Made by a program: the position numbers and the translations under genes. From positions 736,001-800,000 of the forward strand of contig CAXXDV010000003.1 of NCBI GenBank assembly GCA_963674745.2: DNA of 64,000 nt, given 5' to 3'. Of this stretch, positions 49,047 through 59,653 are shown piece by piece (within the stretch, counting starts at the first letter, position 1; each line of letters starts with the position of its first letter). The notes beneath the pieces are model-generated. The model searched no databases and was not told the DNA's origin. It was given only the letters and a program-made list of their open reading frames with translations. This stretch comes from Desulfosudaceae bacterium. Lineage in GTDB: Bacteria > Desulfobacterota > Desulfobacteria > Desulfobacterales > Desulfosudaceae.

Positions 49047-50069
49047 TTAAAAGTGATCGGAAACTAAAATTTGACCGATCTGGATGGCATTGGTGGCCGC
49101 ACCCTTGCGGATGTTGTCAGCAACGATCCACATGTCAATGCCGTTGGGAACAGAAACGTCCTGGCGGATTCTGCCGACCAGTGTCATATCCTGCCCGGCG
49201 GCGTCAATCGCCAGCGGATATTCATTCTGCCCGGGATTGTCCACCAGGCGCACATTGGGTTGTTTTTCAAGCAGCGCTCTCACTTCTTCCGGGGTAATCG
49301 GCTTTTCCGTTTCTATGTTGACGGACTCGGAATGGCCGAAGAAAACCGGTACCCTGACAGTGGTGGCGGAAACGACAATGGTGTCGTCCTCAAGGATTTT
49401 GCGGGTTTCGTTGACCATCTTCATTTCTTCCTCGGTGTAGCCGTTTTCCAGGAAAGGGCCGATGTGGGGCAGGCAGTTGAAGGCGATCTGGTGAGGATAA
49501 ACCTTGCTGACCATTTCTTCTTCTTTGACGTAGGCGCGGACCTGTGCGTCCAGCTCATCCACCGCTGCTTTGCCGGTGCCGGAAACCGCCTGGTAGGTTG
49601 AAACCACGATACGTTTGATCTTGGCCTGACGATGTATCGGTGCCAGTGCCACCACCATCTGGATGGTGGAGCAGTTGGGGTTGGCGATGATATGCTTGCT
49701 TTTGTAGCCGGCAGTGGCGTGGGGATTCACTTCCGGTACCACCAGCGGAACGTCCGGGTCCATGCGCCAGGCACTGGAATTATCAATTACAACGCATCCT
49801 GAACGGGCGGCATGGGGGGCGAATTTTTTGCTGGTGGAGCCGCCGGCTGAAAAGAAAGCAACATCCACGCCCTCAAAAGAGTTTTCAGTCAACTCCTCGA
49901 CGACAAACTGCTCTCCCCTGAATGTGATCGTCTTGCCTGCTGAACGGGAAGACGCCAGCATTTTAATGCCGGCAATGGGAAAATTCATCTCTTCCAGGCA
50001 GACCAGCATCTGATTTCCTACAACACCGGTAGCCCCGGCGACTGCAACGTTAACTCTTTTTTCAGCCAT
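49047..50069 (-). CDS. asd: Aspartate-semialdehyde dehydrogenase
   Basis: GATG.VG, IDNSSAWR, IIANPNCSTIQ, STYQAVSG, RVPVFFGHS, DNIRKGAA.NA. Confidence 0.96.
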   Translation of the reverse strand: MAEKRVNVAVAGATGVVGNQMLVCLEEMNFPIAGIKMLASSRSAGKTITFRGEQFVVEELTENSFEGVDVAFFSAGGSTSKKFAPHAARSGCVVIDNSSAWRMDPDVPLVVPEVNPHATAGYKSKHIIANPNCSTIQMVVALAPIHRQAKIKRIVVSTYQAVSGTGKAAVDELDAQVRAYVKEEEMVSKVYPHQIAFNCLPHIGPFLENGYTEEEMKMVNETRKILEDDTIVVSATTVRVPVFFGHSESVNIETEKPITPEEVRALLEKQPNVRLVDNPGQNEYPLAIDAAGQDMTLVGRIRQDVSVPNGIDMWIVADNIRKGAATNAIQIGQILVSDHF

Positions 50070-50105
50070 GATGTTTCATGCTCCTTTTTATCGGTAATGT
50101 CCGAC

Positions 50106-51173
50106 TCAGGCGTTGTTGATATAGTTTGCGATGGTATCTCCGACCTGGCTGGTGGCCATGCCCATCTTTTTGGCTTCCACGCTTTTTAAGTCATCTTTGA
50201 CGGTTTTTATGACCGCCCGTTCAATCATTTCAGCTGCGTTCTTTTCTCCCAGATGATCCAGCATCAGACTGCCGGCCATGATAGCCGCCACCGGATTGAT
50301 AACGCCCAGACCGGTATACTTGGGAGCGGAGCCACCGATGGGCTCAAACATGGATAATCCTTCGGGATTAATGTTGCCACCCGCTGCAACGCCCATGCCG
50401 CCCTGAATCATGGCGCCAAGGTCTGTGATGATGTCGCCGAACATGTTATCCGTGACAATCACATCAAACCATTCGGGATTTTTAATCATCCACATGCAGA
50501 TGGCATCCACGTGTGCGTAATCGGTCGTGATATCCGGATATTCTTTGGCGACTTCATTGAATGTCCGCTCCCAGAGATCAAAAGCGAATGTCAGGACGTT
50601 GGTCTTGCCGCAAAGGGTCAGCTTTTTGCCCTTGTTTCTGGCTCTGGTATATTCGAAAGCATAACGAATGCAACGCTCTACGCCTTTTCTGGTGTTGATC
50701 GATTCCTGGATGGCGACTTCATCGGCCGTGCCTTTTTTCAGGGTGCCGCCGGCACCGGCATAGAGCCCCTCGGTGTTTTCCCTGATTACCGTGAAATCAA
50801 TCTCATCCGGTCCTTTTTCCTTGATGGGCGTGTAAACACCTTCATAAAGTTTTACGGGGCGCAGGTTGATGTACTGATCACAGGTAAAACGAAGCTTCAG
50901 CAGCAGACCCTTTTCAAGGATGCCGGGTTTGACATCCGGGTGCCCGATGGCGCCAAGCAAAATGGCGTCCGCTGTTTTGAGCTGTTCAATGGTCTCGTCA
51001 TTCAATATCTCTCCGGTTTGCTGATAGTGGTCTCCACCCAGAGGGAAAGGGGTGTAATTCAGTGCAAAACCGCATTTGGCTGCAACGGCGTCAAGCACTT
51101 TAATGCTCTCGTCAACAACTTCCGGGCCTGTTCCGTCCCCGGGAATTACGGCGATGTTGTACTTACTGGTCAT
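50106..51173 (-). CDS. leuB: 3-isopropylmalate dehydrogenase
   Basis: [39 protein letters not shown]; adjacent to asd. Confidence 0.88.
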   Translation of the reverse strand: MTSKYNIAVIPGDGTGPEVVDESIKVLDAVAAKCGFALNYTPFPLGGDHYQQTGEILNDETIEQLKTADAILLGAIGHPDVKPGILEKGLLLKLRFTCDQYINLRPVKLYEGVYTPIKEKGPDEIDFTVIRENTEGLYAGAGGTLKKGTADEVAIQESINTRKGVERCIRYAFEYTRARNKGKKLTLCGKTNVLTFAFDLWERTFNEVAKEYPDITTDYAHVDAICMWMIKNPEWFDVIVTDNMFGDIITDLGAMIQGGMGVAAGGNINPEGLSMFEPIGGSAPKYTGLGVINPVAAIMAGSLMLDHLGEKNAAEMIERAVIKTVKDDLKSVEAKKMGMATSQVGDTIANYINNA

Positions 51174-51273
51174 TCGCAACGCTCCTTCATTACTGTGTAC
51201 ATCATACGGTGATTCTCACCGATGACGTTTTAAGCAGTTAATGTTTATCGTTCTGTAGTCGGTTATTGGATTT

Positions 51274-52104
51274 TCAGATATAAGGTGTACTCTGCCGATC
51301 CCTGCCGGGAGGTTCCGTTTCCGGATGTTCCGCAAGATCATCGTGGTCTTCTTCTTCAGCGGAATGCCGACGAAGGGTGCTGACCGGTCCGGATATTATA
51401 TACAAAAGCCCCAGTGTGAACAGGGTCACCATCGGTTCCAGGACGATGAAAACCAGCAGCAGAACGGCAATGACCAGCAGGTTAAAATTTTTCGCATGGA
51501 CCAGGATCGGCGGCAGTTTTTTAAAACTGACATATTTAATGGCGCTGACCATCAAAAACGAAAGAACATAAAGGCCGAACAACATCACATAAATTAAAAA
51601 TGACTCCGGCGCTTTCAGGCCGATTCTGGAGAACAGCAAAATAGTTGTCGCCACCATTCCGGCCGCGGCCGGAATGGGCAGGCCGGTGAACCACCTGTTG
51701 TCCGTGGTGCCCGCGGTTGTGTTGAACCGGGCCAGTCGCAGGGCGCCGCAGGCAAGAAAGATCAGGGCCGCAATCCAGCCCAGCTTCCCCAGCGGTTTTA
51801 AAGCCCATAGATACATCATTAACCCCGGTGCCAACCCGAAGGAGATAAGATCCGCCAGGGAATCGTATTCCACACCAAAACGGCTGGTCGTGCGGGTGGC
51901 CCTGGCCACCTTTCCATCAAGAACGTCAAAAACCATGCTGGCCAGGATTAACAGTGCGCTTTTGGTAAAGGCACCTTCAATGGCCGCGATGATTGCAGTA
52001 AAGCCGCAAAACAGGTTCATGGTGGTGAAAATGTTCGGAAGGATATAGATCCCCTTATGCCAGCGGTCTTTTTCAGCGTGTTCCGTTTTTCTTTTTCTTT
52101 TCAT
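51274..52104 (-). CDS. pssA: CDP-diacylglycerol--serine O-phosphatidyltransferase
   Basis: LPN.FT, D.LDG.VAR...S.FG.E.DSLAD..SFG, LRLARFN, F.GLP.P. Confidence 0.93.
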   Translation of the reverse strand: MKRKRKTEHAEKDRWHKGIYILPNIFTTMNLFCGFTAIIAAIEGAFTKSALLILASMVFDVLDGKVARATRTTSRFGVEYDSLADLISFGLAPGLMMYLWALKPLGKLGWIAALIFLACGALRLARFNTTAGTTDNRWFTGLPIPAAAGMVATTILLFSRIGLKAPESFLIYVMLFGLYVLSFLMVSAIKYVSFKKLPPILVHAKNFNLLVIAVLLLVFIVLEPMVTLFTLGLLYIISGPVSTLRRHSAEEEDHDDLAEHPETEPPGRDRQSTPYI

Positions 52105-52772
52105 AGTAATGTCCCCAAAACAGAGGTTCCTGCCTGAACTTTGTCACCCAGGGTGACGCGCAGCTTTGTGTCGGCCGGCAGGTATACGTCAAGTCGTGAA
52201 CCGAAGCAGATCATGCCGAATCGTTGTCCCCGGATAACTGTTTCATCACCGGACAGGTGGCAGATGATCCGGCGGGCGACCAGGCCTGCTATCTGGACAA
52301 AACATATCCGCTGATTGTTTTCCGTCCGCAGAAAAATCTTGTTGTGTTCATTTTCGGCCGATGCCTTGTCAAGGTTGGCGGAAAAGAATTTTCCCGGATG
52401 ATAATCGATTCCGGTTATGTTGCCGTCGCAGGGCACACGGTTGACATGTACATTGAATATGGACATAAAAATACTGACTTTTAAGCAGGGTTCCTTTCCC
52501 AGCGGGCTGTCTGAAACAGGCGCCATGGCAACGACTTTTCCGTCCGCCGGTGATACTACCAGTCCGTTGCCGTCAGGGATTACACGGTCGGGGTCCCTGA
52601 AAAAACAGCAGGTAAAAACGGTCATGATGAGCGCAATAACCGTTAGAAAGGTCAGCCCGATTAATGCCAGCACAGCCGTTATGAAGGCAAAGGCGAAAAT
52701 GAACGGGTATCCCGCTTTGGCAATCGGAAATGCGGTTCCGCTCTGTGGATCAGCCCAGTTGTATTTTTCCAT
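52101..52772 (-). CDS. psd: Phosphatidylserine decarboxylase (short type)
   Basis: FFRDP.R, SPADG, IFMS.FNVHVNR.P, QIAG.VARRI, FGSR.D. Confidence 0.93.
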   Translation of the reverse strand: MEKYNWADPQSGTAFPIAKAGYPFIFAFAFITAVLALIGLTFLTVIALIMTVFTCCFFRDPDRVIPDGNGLVVSPADGKVVAMAPVSDSPLGKEPCLKVSIFMSIFNVHVNRVPCDGNITGIDYHPGKFFSANLDKASAENEHNKIFLRTENNQRICFVQIAGLVARRIICHLSGDETVIRGQRFGMICFGSRLDVYLPADTKLRVTLGDKVQAGTSVLGTLL

Positions 52773-53011
52773 AAGTATTTTAATCTCAAGGGATTATTTA
52801 AGTGTCCCAAATCCGACAATTTATAGTTCTTATCAGCATTAATGTCAATCTTTTTTCAGCCCTGAAATTGAAAATTTAAATTAAAATCGACTTTTTACGG
52901 TGATCCGATCCGGCCTACGTACTTGTGGCAGGGAGAACATTCGAGCAAGATGCCGGCAAAGGGACTGAAGTGATTGTTGAACGGAAGATCGGGGCCTTGA
53001 TTGAACGCCAT

Positions 53012-53419
53012 TTACCTGCGGCCGGCGGATTCCTCACGGTTAGCGGCGGCGTCCTCTATTAAGTCGTAAAATTCCCTCATAATTTTACTTTCATTTCCTT
53101 CGTTGTATCCGACCACGCTGCGAAGATGAATAAAAGACTCAACATCTATTTCTTTGAACAGGATGGCCAGGCCGTTTTGATCACAGCGCACGACGCTGCC
53201 CTTCATATTGAGGGTCAAAGAGGAAGAACTGCCGGACAGATAGATGGTGATCGTCAGCTCGGTGTTTTCCGGAACCGTCGTGTCTATATCGACCAGCATG
53301 CCTTTTAAACTGAGATTGCGCACTTCTCCGCGAATCGTCTCATCACCGTAGGACAGTTCTGCATTAACATTAAACCTGACGCGGGTGCCGCGCCTTTTAT
53401 TCTGTGCGTCTTGTGTCAT
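53012..53419 (-). CDS. PilZ domain protein
   Basis: KRRGTR (RxxxR) and NLSLKG (D/NxSxxG). Confidence 0.85.
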   Translation of the reverse strand: MTQDAQNKRRGTRVRFNVNAELSYGDETIRGEVRNLSLKGMLVDIDTTVPENTELTITIYLSGSSSSLTLNMKGSVVRCDQNGLAILFKEIDVESFIHLRSVVGYNEGNESKIMREFYDLIEDAAANREESAGRR

Positions 53420-53561
53420 GAATGTATTATTTTTCTCAGTTGATTGTGTTACCCTTCTATTTTGTTACCACAATATGGTTTTGCCTTCAAGCAAATACGT
53501 AAATTTCATTTGTTGATGATTTATTTGCAAGCCGCCGATTGATGGTGTAGGCTTTGCAATT

Positions 53562-54419
53562 ATGAAAACGTATATTGACTGTATTCCGTGCCTTGTCCAG
53601 CAATCGCTCAGCGCGGTTCGGCTGGCCCGGGCGGACGAAGTGGTCCAGGAGCGTGCTCTTAGGGAAATTCTTATTAAAATCAGTAATATGGATATGCATT
53701 CATCTCCGCCGGAGATGGGCGCTGAAATACATCGTCTGATCAGACAGCAGACCGGTCAGAATGATCCCTACCTGGATTTAAAGCATCAGTATAACTGTTT
53801 CGCGATGGACGCATACCCCCGTTTGAAGCGGATCATATCCGATTCCCCCAGTCCGTTGGAAACGGCGGTCAGGTTGGCCATAGCCGGTAACATTATCGAT
53901 TTCGGCGCCAATTTGAATATTAATCAAACGGTTGTTGACCAAACCATTGAGCAGTCCCTTACGGAACCTTTATTCGGTGATATAGACGAATTTTCCAGGG
54001 CTGTATCAGGAGCCGATAATATTTTATATCTTGCTGACAACACCGGAGAAATCGTTTTTGATCGCCTTTTGATTGAAGCACTCGGGCCTGATCGGATAAC
54101 ATTGGCTGTCAGAGGCGGACCGGTCATTAATGACGCCACCATGGATGACGCCCGGTTTTGTGGATTGACCGATCTGGTTAACGTTATCGATAATGGAACC
54201 GATATACCGGGAACTGTTCTGAATGCCTGTTCGCAGGCATTTGTGCGGGCCTTTGCTGATGCGGATCTGGTCGTTGCCAAAGGGCAGGGCAATTATGAAA
54301 CCCTTTCGGAAACAACCGATCATTCAAATATATTTTTTCTGTTTAAGACAAAGTGTCCGGTTGCCGCCCGTGATATCGGTTGTGAAGTGGGCCGGCTGGT
54401 GGCTAAAAAGAAAGCCTGA
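53562..54419 (+). CDS. DUF89/ARMT1-like damage-control phosphatase
   Basis: CIPC, DPY...K, AIAGNIIDFG, DN.GE..FD, INDAT, KGQGNYE.L, KC. Confidence 0.9.
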   Translation: MKTYIDCIPCLVQQSLSAVRLARADEVVQERALREILIKISNMDMHSSPPEMGAEIHRLIRQQTGQNDPYLDLKHQYNCFAMDAYPRLKRIISDSPSPLETAVRLAIAGNIIDFGANLNINQTVVDQTIEQSLTEPLFGDIDEFSRAVSGADNILYLADNTGEIVFDRLLIEALGPDRITLAVRGGPVINDATMDDARFCGLTDLVNVIDNGTDIPGTVLNACSQAFVRAFADADLVVAKGQGNYETLSETTDHSNIFFLFKTKCPVAARDIGCEVGRLVAKKKA

Positions 54420-54500
54420 ACCCTTGACACTTCACACCTTGAATCCTGTAAACTAATTGAACAAAAAGACGCATCGATAATCAGGTCCAAAGGAAAAACG

Positions 54501-54938
54501 ATGAACGAGCAAACAACCGTTACAATGACACCCATTGGCTTTCTGCACACGGACGCCCGTGAGATACCCAGGCACTGGTCTTTGTCTCAGGTAAGGGGAA
54601 CAATTGTTCTTGACACAACCTATGTTGACGGTCTGGTAGATATCAAGCCGGGACAGAAAATCGTGGTACTGTTCTGGTTCCACAAGAGTCCTGATTTTTC
54701 GGCCCGATTTCTTCGCCAGACACCACCACACCGCGATCAAGCGCTGGGTGTCTTTTCAATTTGTTCTCCCAAAAGGCCCAATCCCATCGGCTTGTCTGTG
54801 TTGACCGTATGCGATATACATGGGGGGACAATTAATGTCGAAGGCGTTGATATGCTGGACGGTACTCCCATTCTAGATATAAAACCATATATCACCGGAA
54901 AAGAAGATTGCCCCAGTTACGGAGAGTGTACCTCATAA
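54501..54938 (+). CDS. tsaA: tRNA (N6-threonylcarbamoyladenosine37)-methyltransferase TrmO-like
   Basis: PIG, LFWFH, GVF...SP.RPNPIGLS, DMLDGTPILDIKPY. Confidence 0.88.
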   Translation: MNEQTTVTMTPIGFLHTDAREIPRHWSLSQVRGTIVLDTTYVDGLVDIKPGQKIVVLFWFHKSPDFSARFLRQTPPHRDQALGVFSICSPKRPNPIGLSVLTVCDIHGGTINVEGVDMLDGTPILDIKPYITGKEDCPSYGECTS

Positions 54939-54994
54939 AATACCCATAGAGGCCATAGCGATAAATGATATCCAGATATTTAGGTGGAAAATCA

Positions 54995-57283
54995 ATGAAG
55001 TGGATTTTGCCGGTTGTTTTGATCGCGACGGTTTTATTTTTTGCTGTCTCAGGATGCGGCCCGGACCAGGATCGTCCCGATACCCTTTTGAAAAATGCTG
55101 CAGCGCTTTATGACAAAAAAGATTACCATCGAGCCGCTGACAGTTACCGCCAGGTGATTGCAGACTATCCTGACTCCATAGAAGCCTGGACAGGACTGGC
55201 CAGGACCAGAATTCAACGCGGCGATATCAAAGGGGCATCCGAAGCCTATCAGCGCATTGTTGACATTCAACCCGACCATGTCGAGGCATTGTTAAAGCTT
55301 GCCAGGTTTGACCTGCTGGCAGGCAACCTGACGTCCGCGGAACAGAAAACAGATGATGTCCTGAGGAAAAATCCTGATAACACAGAAGCGTTGTTTCTGC
55401 TGACAGATCTGTATTCCGAAACGAACCGTCTTGACAAGGCCAGAGCGACGCTTGAACGGATACTGCCGCTGGTTTCTGACAAGACGGACACGCTGACCGG
55501 TCTTGCCCGTATCCAGGCCAGGGCAGGTGACCTGACCGCCGCGCTGAAGAGTCTTGAAAAGGCCGTTACTTTAGCGCCGAACGCCCTGGAGCCGAGACTG
55601 CTGCTGTTTAATTATTTTTATGGGCAGGGCGATTTTCCAAATGCCGAGAATACCCTTTTGCAAGCCATAGAGGCTAATCCGGGAAATGCCACGCTTCAGA
55701 TGCTGCTGGGGCAATATTATTTAAATCAGCATCAGCCGGCCGAAGCGGAATCGGCTTTTTTGGAAGCCGTCAGGCTGGAACCTGACCAGGCCAGGGCTTA
55801 CCTGATTGCCGGTAATTTCTACAGTTCGAATCAAAATCCGGAAGCCGCCTTGAAAATGTTTCAAAAGGCCGGCCGTTTGAATCCTCAGGATGTCAAAATT
55901 GCCATCCTCCTGGCTGAGTTTTACCTGGAAAACAATTCTCTGGAACTTGCCAGTCAGGCCATCACTCAAATCCAAAATGAGCATCCCGGATATTTTCCGG
56001 CTCGTTTGCTGGAAATAAAACTATTGCTGGCTCAAAAAAAATATGAGCAGGCCATTTTACTGAGTGACACGTATCTTAAAAGTAATCCTGCGGCAGACCA
56101 GCTCCTTGTATTGAAAGGCGTGGCGCACGTTCGCAAAGGGGAACTTGAACAGGCGGAAGAAGTACTGTCAGAGGCAGTCAAAACAGCCCCGGCCAATATT
56201 AATGCCAAGTTCAGGCTGCTTGACGTTTATCTGAAACAGGGAAAAATTGAACAGGCCCAGCAGTTAAATCGGAATATCTTCAGCTACCTGCATGAGAACT
56301 TCGATGTGGCGGTTGTCCTGGGTGATACTGAACTGAACAAGGAAAAAACGCAAAAAGGACTGGATTCTCTGGATTCATTTTCCCGGTTCGCATCCGCCAA
56401 TCCTTTTGACCGGTTCAGACCGGAACATCTGGAAAAATTGCGGTCTGAATATGCCCGGTTAATGGGAGAATTCAACCGGATTCTTGAAAAGCGACCGGGC
56501 CTGATCGGTGTTTTTGAAAATGTTATTCTGCTTCATGCCGCCAGAAAAGAGTATGATATTGCCCTGGCCAAATGTGATCAGCAGATAAAACGGTTGAAAG
56601 ACACGCCATATCTGGCGGCGGAAATTTATAACATCAAGGCCGGGTTATACCTGGCACAGAACAATATCGGCCAGGCGGAAACATCGTTCAAGCAGGCCAT
56701 AAACCTGGCACCGGATTTCCTGAAACCTTATTACGGATTGGCCAAAGTTTATATTATCAACAAAGATATTAAAAACGCCATTACCCAGTATGAAGCCCTG
56801 GTCGGTAGAGCCCCGGAACAAGCACAAGCGGTTCCCTATCTTCTTCTGGGGGCCCTGAGTAAAATGCAGAGGGATTTTCAGGCGGCGGAAGATTATTACC
56901 GCAAGGCACTGGCCATAGATGGCGACTTTGTCCCGGCCGCCAACAACCTGGCCTATCTTCTGGCAGAACAGAAAAAAAACCTGGATGAAGCTTTAACGCT
57001 CGTGCTTCATGCCAGAAAGCTCAAGCCGGATGACCCCTATATCCTGGATACGCTGGGCTGGATCTATTATCAAAAAGGGGCCTATGATGATGCCGTGCGG
57101 GAACTGAACCGGGCGTTGGCCCTGATGCCTGAAATCGCGACGGTAAACTACCATCTGGGTATGGCATATTATAAAAAGGGGAATGATATTCAGGCCAGGC
57201 AGCATCTGGAAAAGGTCCTGCAACTGGAAAGTGACTTCAACGAGGCGGACAAGATCAGGAATACGCTGAAAAAAATATACTAA
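54995..57283 (+). CDS. Large TPR-repeat lipoprotein (PrsT-like)
   Basis: Lipobox VSGC; TPRs throughout; C-terminal AANNLAY...DTLGWIYY...YHLGMA. Confidence 0.78.
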   Translation: MKWILPVVLIATVLFFAVSGCGPDQDRPDTLLKNAAALYDKKDYHRAADSYRQVIADYPDSIEAWTGLARTRIQRGDIKGASEAYQRIVDIQPDHVEALLKLARFDLLAGNLTSAEQKTDDVLRKNPDNTEALFLLTDLYSETNRLDKARATLERILPLVSDKTDTLTGLARIQARAGDLTAALKSLEKAVTLAPNALEPRLLLFNYFYGQGDFPNAENTLLQAIEANPGNATLQMLLGQYYLNQHQPAEAESAFLEAVRLEPDQARAYLIAGNFYSSNQNPEAALKMFQKAGRLNPQDVKIAILLAEFYLENNSLELASQAITQIQNEHPGYFPARLLEIKLLLAQKKYEQAILLSDTYLKSNPAADQLLVLKGVAHVRKGELEQAEEVLSEAVKTAPANINAKFRLLDVYLKQGKIEQAQQLNRNIFSYLHENFDVAVVLGDTELNKEKTQKGLDSLDSFSRFASANPFDRFRPEHLEKLRSEYARLMGEFNRILEKRPGLIGVFENVILLHAARKEYDIALAKCDQQIKRLKDTPYLAAEIYNIKAGLYLAQNNIGQAETSFKQAINLAPDFLKPYYGLAKVYIINKDIKNAITQYEALVGRAPEQAQAVPYLLLGALSKMQRDFQAAEDYYRKALAIDGDFVPAANNLAYLLAEQKKNLDEALTLVLHARKLKPDDPYILDTLGWIYYQKGAYDDAVRELNRALALMPEIATVNYHLGMAYYKKGNDIQARQHLEKVLQLESDFNEADKIRNTLKKIY

Positions 57284-57303
57284 TTGAGAATCAGACGACA
57301 GGC

Positions 57304-58449
57304 ATGAAGTATTTTCCATTAAAAATATTATTGCTGCTGCTCATCATGACGGTGACGGCCCATTTTGTTACGGTCAACCTGCTGGAAAAATATCTGGCGC
57401 ATACCTATACCCGTGACATTGAGAATATTTATATCGGGAATACAAAACCGTTGTTCGAGGGGCAACTTCCTTTAAGTGAGGCCATCAGCAACAATATTGA
57501 CGCTTTTTTCCAGGAAAAGTCGCTGATATTGAGCGGCGCAAGCGTGGATGCGCGTGTCGTCTCCGGTAATAATACCTGGGTTTACCCTTCTCCCCTGGAC
57601 CTTAACACCGAAAGGCTATCACCACCGTCGGCGGCGGAAATCGCCGCTGAGAATTACCGGCTGATGAACCGTGGCATGTCCGTGTCGGTTAAAATCATCC
57701 TGGGTTGGAATTCGTTTCCGGTAGTCATTATTTTTATTGTTTATGTTTTTTGCGCGGCGGGTGTGTTTGTCTTTTTTTATCTGGCCGGAGCTCGCAAGGC
57801 AAAACGGGAAGCCGAAAAAAAAGAGCGGGAAATCCGTCGTTTGCGGGAGCTTGAAAAACATCATCAGGGCCTTGCGGAGGAACTGAATAAGGAAAAAGAA
57901 CTGCTGGAGCAGGATATTGAGGAAACTAAAAAATCACTTCTGGAATATAAGGTAAGTGCTGACAAGAATGAAGAGGCCATGATTGATGAAATTATTTCCC
58001 TGGAGGAAAAAATTCAGAAAAACATGGAACTGGCCGAAACCCTGCGTGAACAGAACCAGGCTTTGCAGGATATCACCCAGCGTTTTGAAAAGGAAAAACA
58101 ACGCGGCGCCAAAAAATCTTCTGTTTACGGCAATATCGAGAAGCGGTTTAAAACACTTTACAAAAACGTACTGTTTCATAAGCGTTTTTTTGACGGGTTT
58201 ATCGATCTTGTGGACGACATGAAAATAAAGGCCGAAGAGGTCGTCCGGCAGTTGAACGATGACTTTGGCGGTGTAAAAATCAAGCGCAAGGTCGAACTCC
58301 AGAAGAGCCGGGAAAAGATATTTGAGATCATTTTTGCTTATAACGGCCGATTGTATTTTCGCAACACCAAAGATGGCAAAGTCGAGATACTGGTTGTCGG
58401 CACAAAAAATACACAGGTGAAGGATCTGGGTTTTCTGGATACATTATAA
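57304..58449 (+). CDS. Two-TM coiled-coil protein with possible C-terminal RelE/ParE-like domain
   Basis: Two hydrophobic helices flank a ~110-aa loop; E/K-rich coiled coil; C-terminal FE....NGRLYF...VEILVVG.KNTQ.KD. Confidence 0.6.
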   Translation: MKYFPLKILLLLLIMTVTAHFVTVNLLEKYLAHTYTRDIENIYIGNTKPLFEGQLPLSEAISNNIDAFFQEKSLILSGASVDARVVSGNNTWVYPSPLDLNTERLSPPSAAEIAAENYRLMNRGMSVSVKIILGWNSFPVVIIFIVYVFCAAGVFVFFYLAGARKAKREAEKKEREIRRLRELEKHHQGLAEELNKEKELLEQDIEETKKSLLEYKVSADKNEEAMIDEIISLEEKIQKNMELAETLREQNQALQDITQRFEKEKQRGAKKSSVYGNIEKRFKTLYKNVLFHKRFFDGFIDLVDDMKIKAEEVVRQLNDDFGGVKIKRKVELQKSREKIFEIIFAYNGRLYFRNTKDGKVEILVVGTKNTQVKDLGFLDTL

Positions 58450-58477
58450 GTTTAGACTTTTTACGAGTGTATCATAT

Positions 58478-59647
58478 ATGAACACGAAGAATTCAAAACG
58501 GATGATATCCGAACGGGCGCAGCAGATATCGCCCTTTCTGGTGATGGATATACTCGAACGGGCCAGCGTAATGGAGAATGAGGGGGTTGACGTCATCCAC
58601 CTTGAGGTGGGCGAACCGGACTTCCCTGTCCCGCCGTCAGTTAAAGATGCCACGATTGAAGCACTTCAGGGGGATTTTACCTGCTATACACACAGTCTGG
58701 GAGACATCAGGCTGAGGAAAGCGATCTGCCGACATTATGGCGACAGGTACGGCGTTGCCGTGTCCCCTGACAGGGTAATGGTCACTGCCGGCACCTCACC
58801 GGCCATGCTGCTGATTTTTGCGGCCCTTCTGGAGCCGGGTGATGAGGTCCTTCTGTCCGACCCCCATTACGCCTGTTATCCCAATTTTGTCCGGTTTTCC
58901 GGCGGAAATCCCGTTATGGTGAAAGTCTTTGAAGAAGACGGATTCCAGTTGTCCCCAAAGGCCGTTGAACATGCTTTAACTGCCGCGACCCGGGCCATTA
59001 TCATAAATTCCCCGGCCAATCCGACCGGTGCGGTATTATCCGAACAGCGAATGAATGAGATAGCTGACCTGCCGGCGTATATTATTTCAGATGAAGTATA
59101 TCACGGCCTGGTTTACGAGGGAGAAGAACATTCCATTCTTGAATTTACTGATAACGCCTTTGTGCTGAACGGATTCTCCAAGTGTTATGCCATGACCGGC
59201 CTGCGCCTGGGGTATGTTATCATGCCGGAGGCTTTTGTCAGGACAGTCCAGGTGCTGCACCAGAATTTTATGATATCCGCCAATTCACTGGCCCAGCAGG
59301 CAGGTATCGCGGCCCTGGAAAAAGCGGCAGGAGATGTCGCCGGAATGCGGGAAACCTACGACAGGCGCCGTCGCTATATGATAAAACGCCTGAAAGATAT
59401 GGGTTTCGGGCTGGCGGTGGAACCGACCGGTGCTTTTTATGTGTTTGTAAATGCCGCTCATATTGAGAATGACTCACTCCGTCTGGCATTTGATATTCTC
59501 GAGAAAGCCCATGTGGGTGTCACCCCGGGCATTGATTTCGGTAGTAACGGTGAAGGCTACCTGCGGTTTTCTTACGCTAATTCAATGGAAAATATAACCA
59601 GAGGCCTTGATCGGGTGGAACGCTATCTGGCGCAGAAAAAGGATTGA
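58478..59647 (+). CDS. Class I PLP-dependent aminotransferase (AspC-like)
   Basis: GEPDF, NSPANPTG, ISDEVY, NGFSKCYAMTGLRLGY, GAFY, LRFSYA. Confidence 0.92.
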   Translation: MNTKNSKRMISERAQQISPFLVMDILERASVMENEGVDVIHLEVGEPDFPVPPSVKDATIEALQGDFTCYTHSLGDIRLRKAICRHYGDRYGVAVSPDRVMVTAGTSPAMLLIFAALLEPGDEVLLSDPHYACYPNFVRFSGGNPVMVKVFEEDGFQLSPKAVEHALTAATRAIIINSPANPTGAVLSEQRMNEIADLPAYIISDEVYHGLVYEGEEHSILEFTDNAFVLNGFSKCYAMTGLRLGYVIMPEAFVRTVQVLHQNFMISANSLAQQAGIAALEKAAGDVAGMRETYDRRRRYMIKRLKDMGFGLAVEPTGAFYVFVNAAHIENDSLRLAFDILEKAHVGVTPGIDFGSNGEGYLRFSYANSMENITRGLDRVERYLAQKKD

Positions 59648-59653
59648 CTTGAT

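Noticed and set aside
58455..58474. GACTTTTTACGAGTGTATCA, resembling the end of a small dispersed repeat or IS-derived element
   Set aside because: Only one end is present, with no second copy or transposase in the window; cannot be supported from this sequence.
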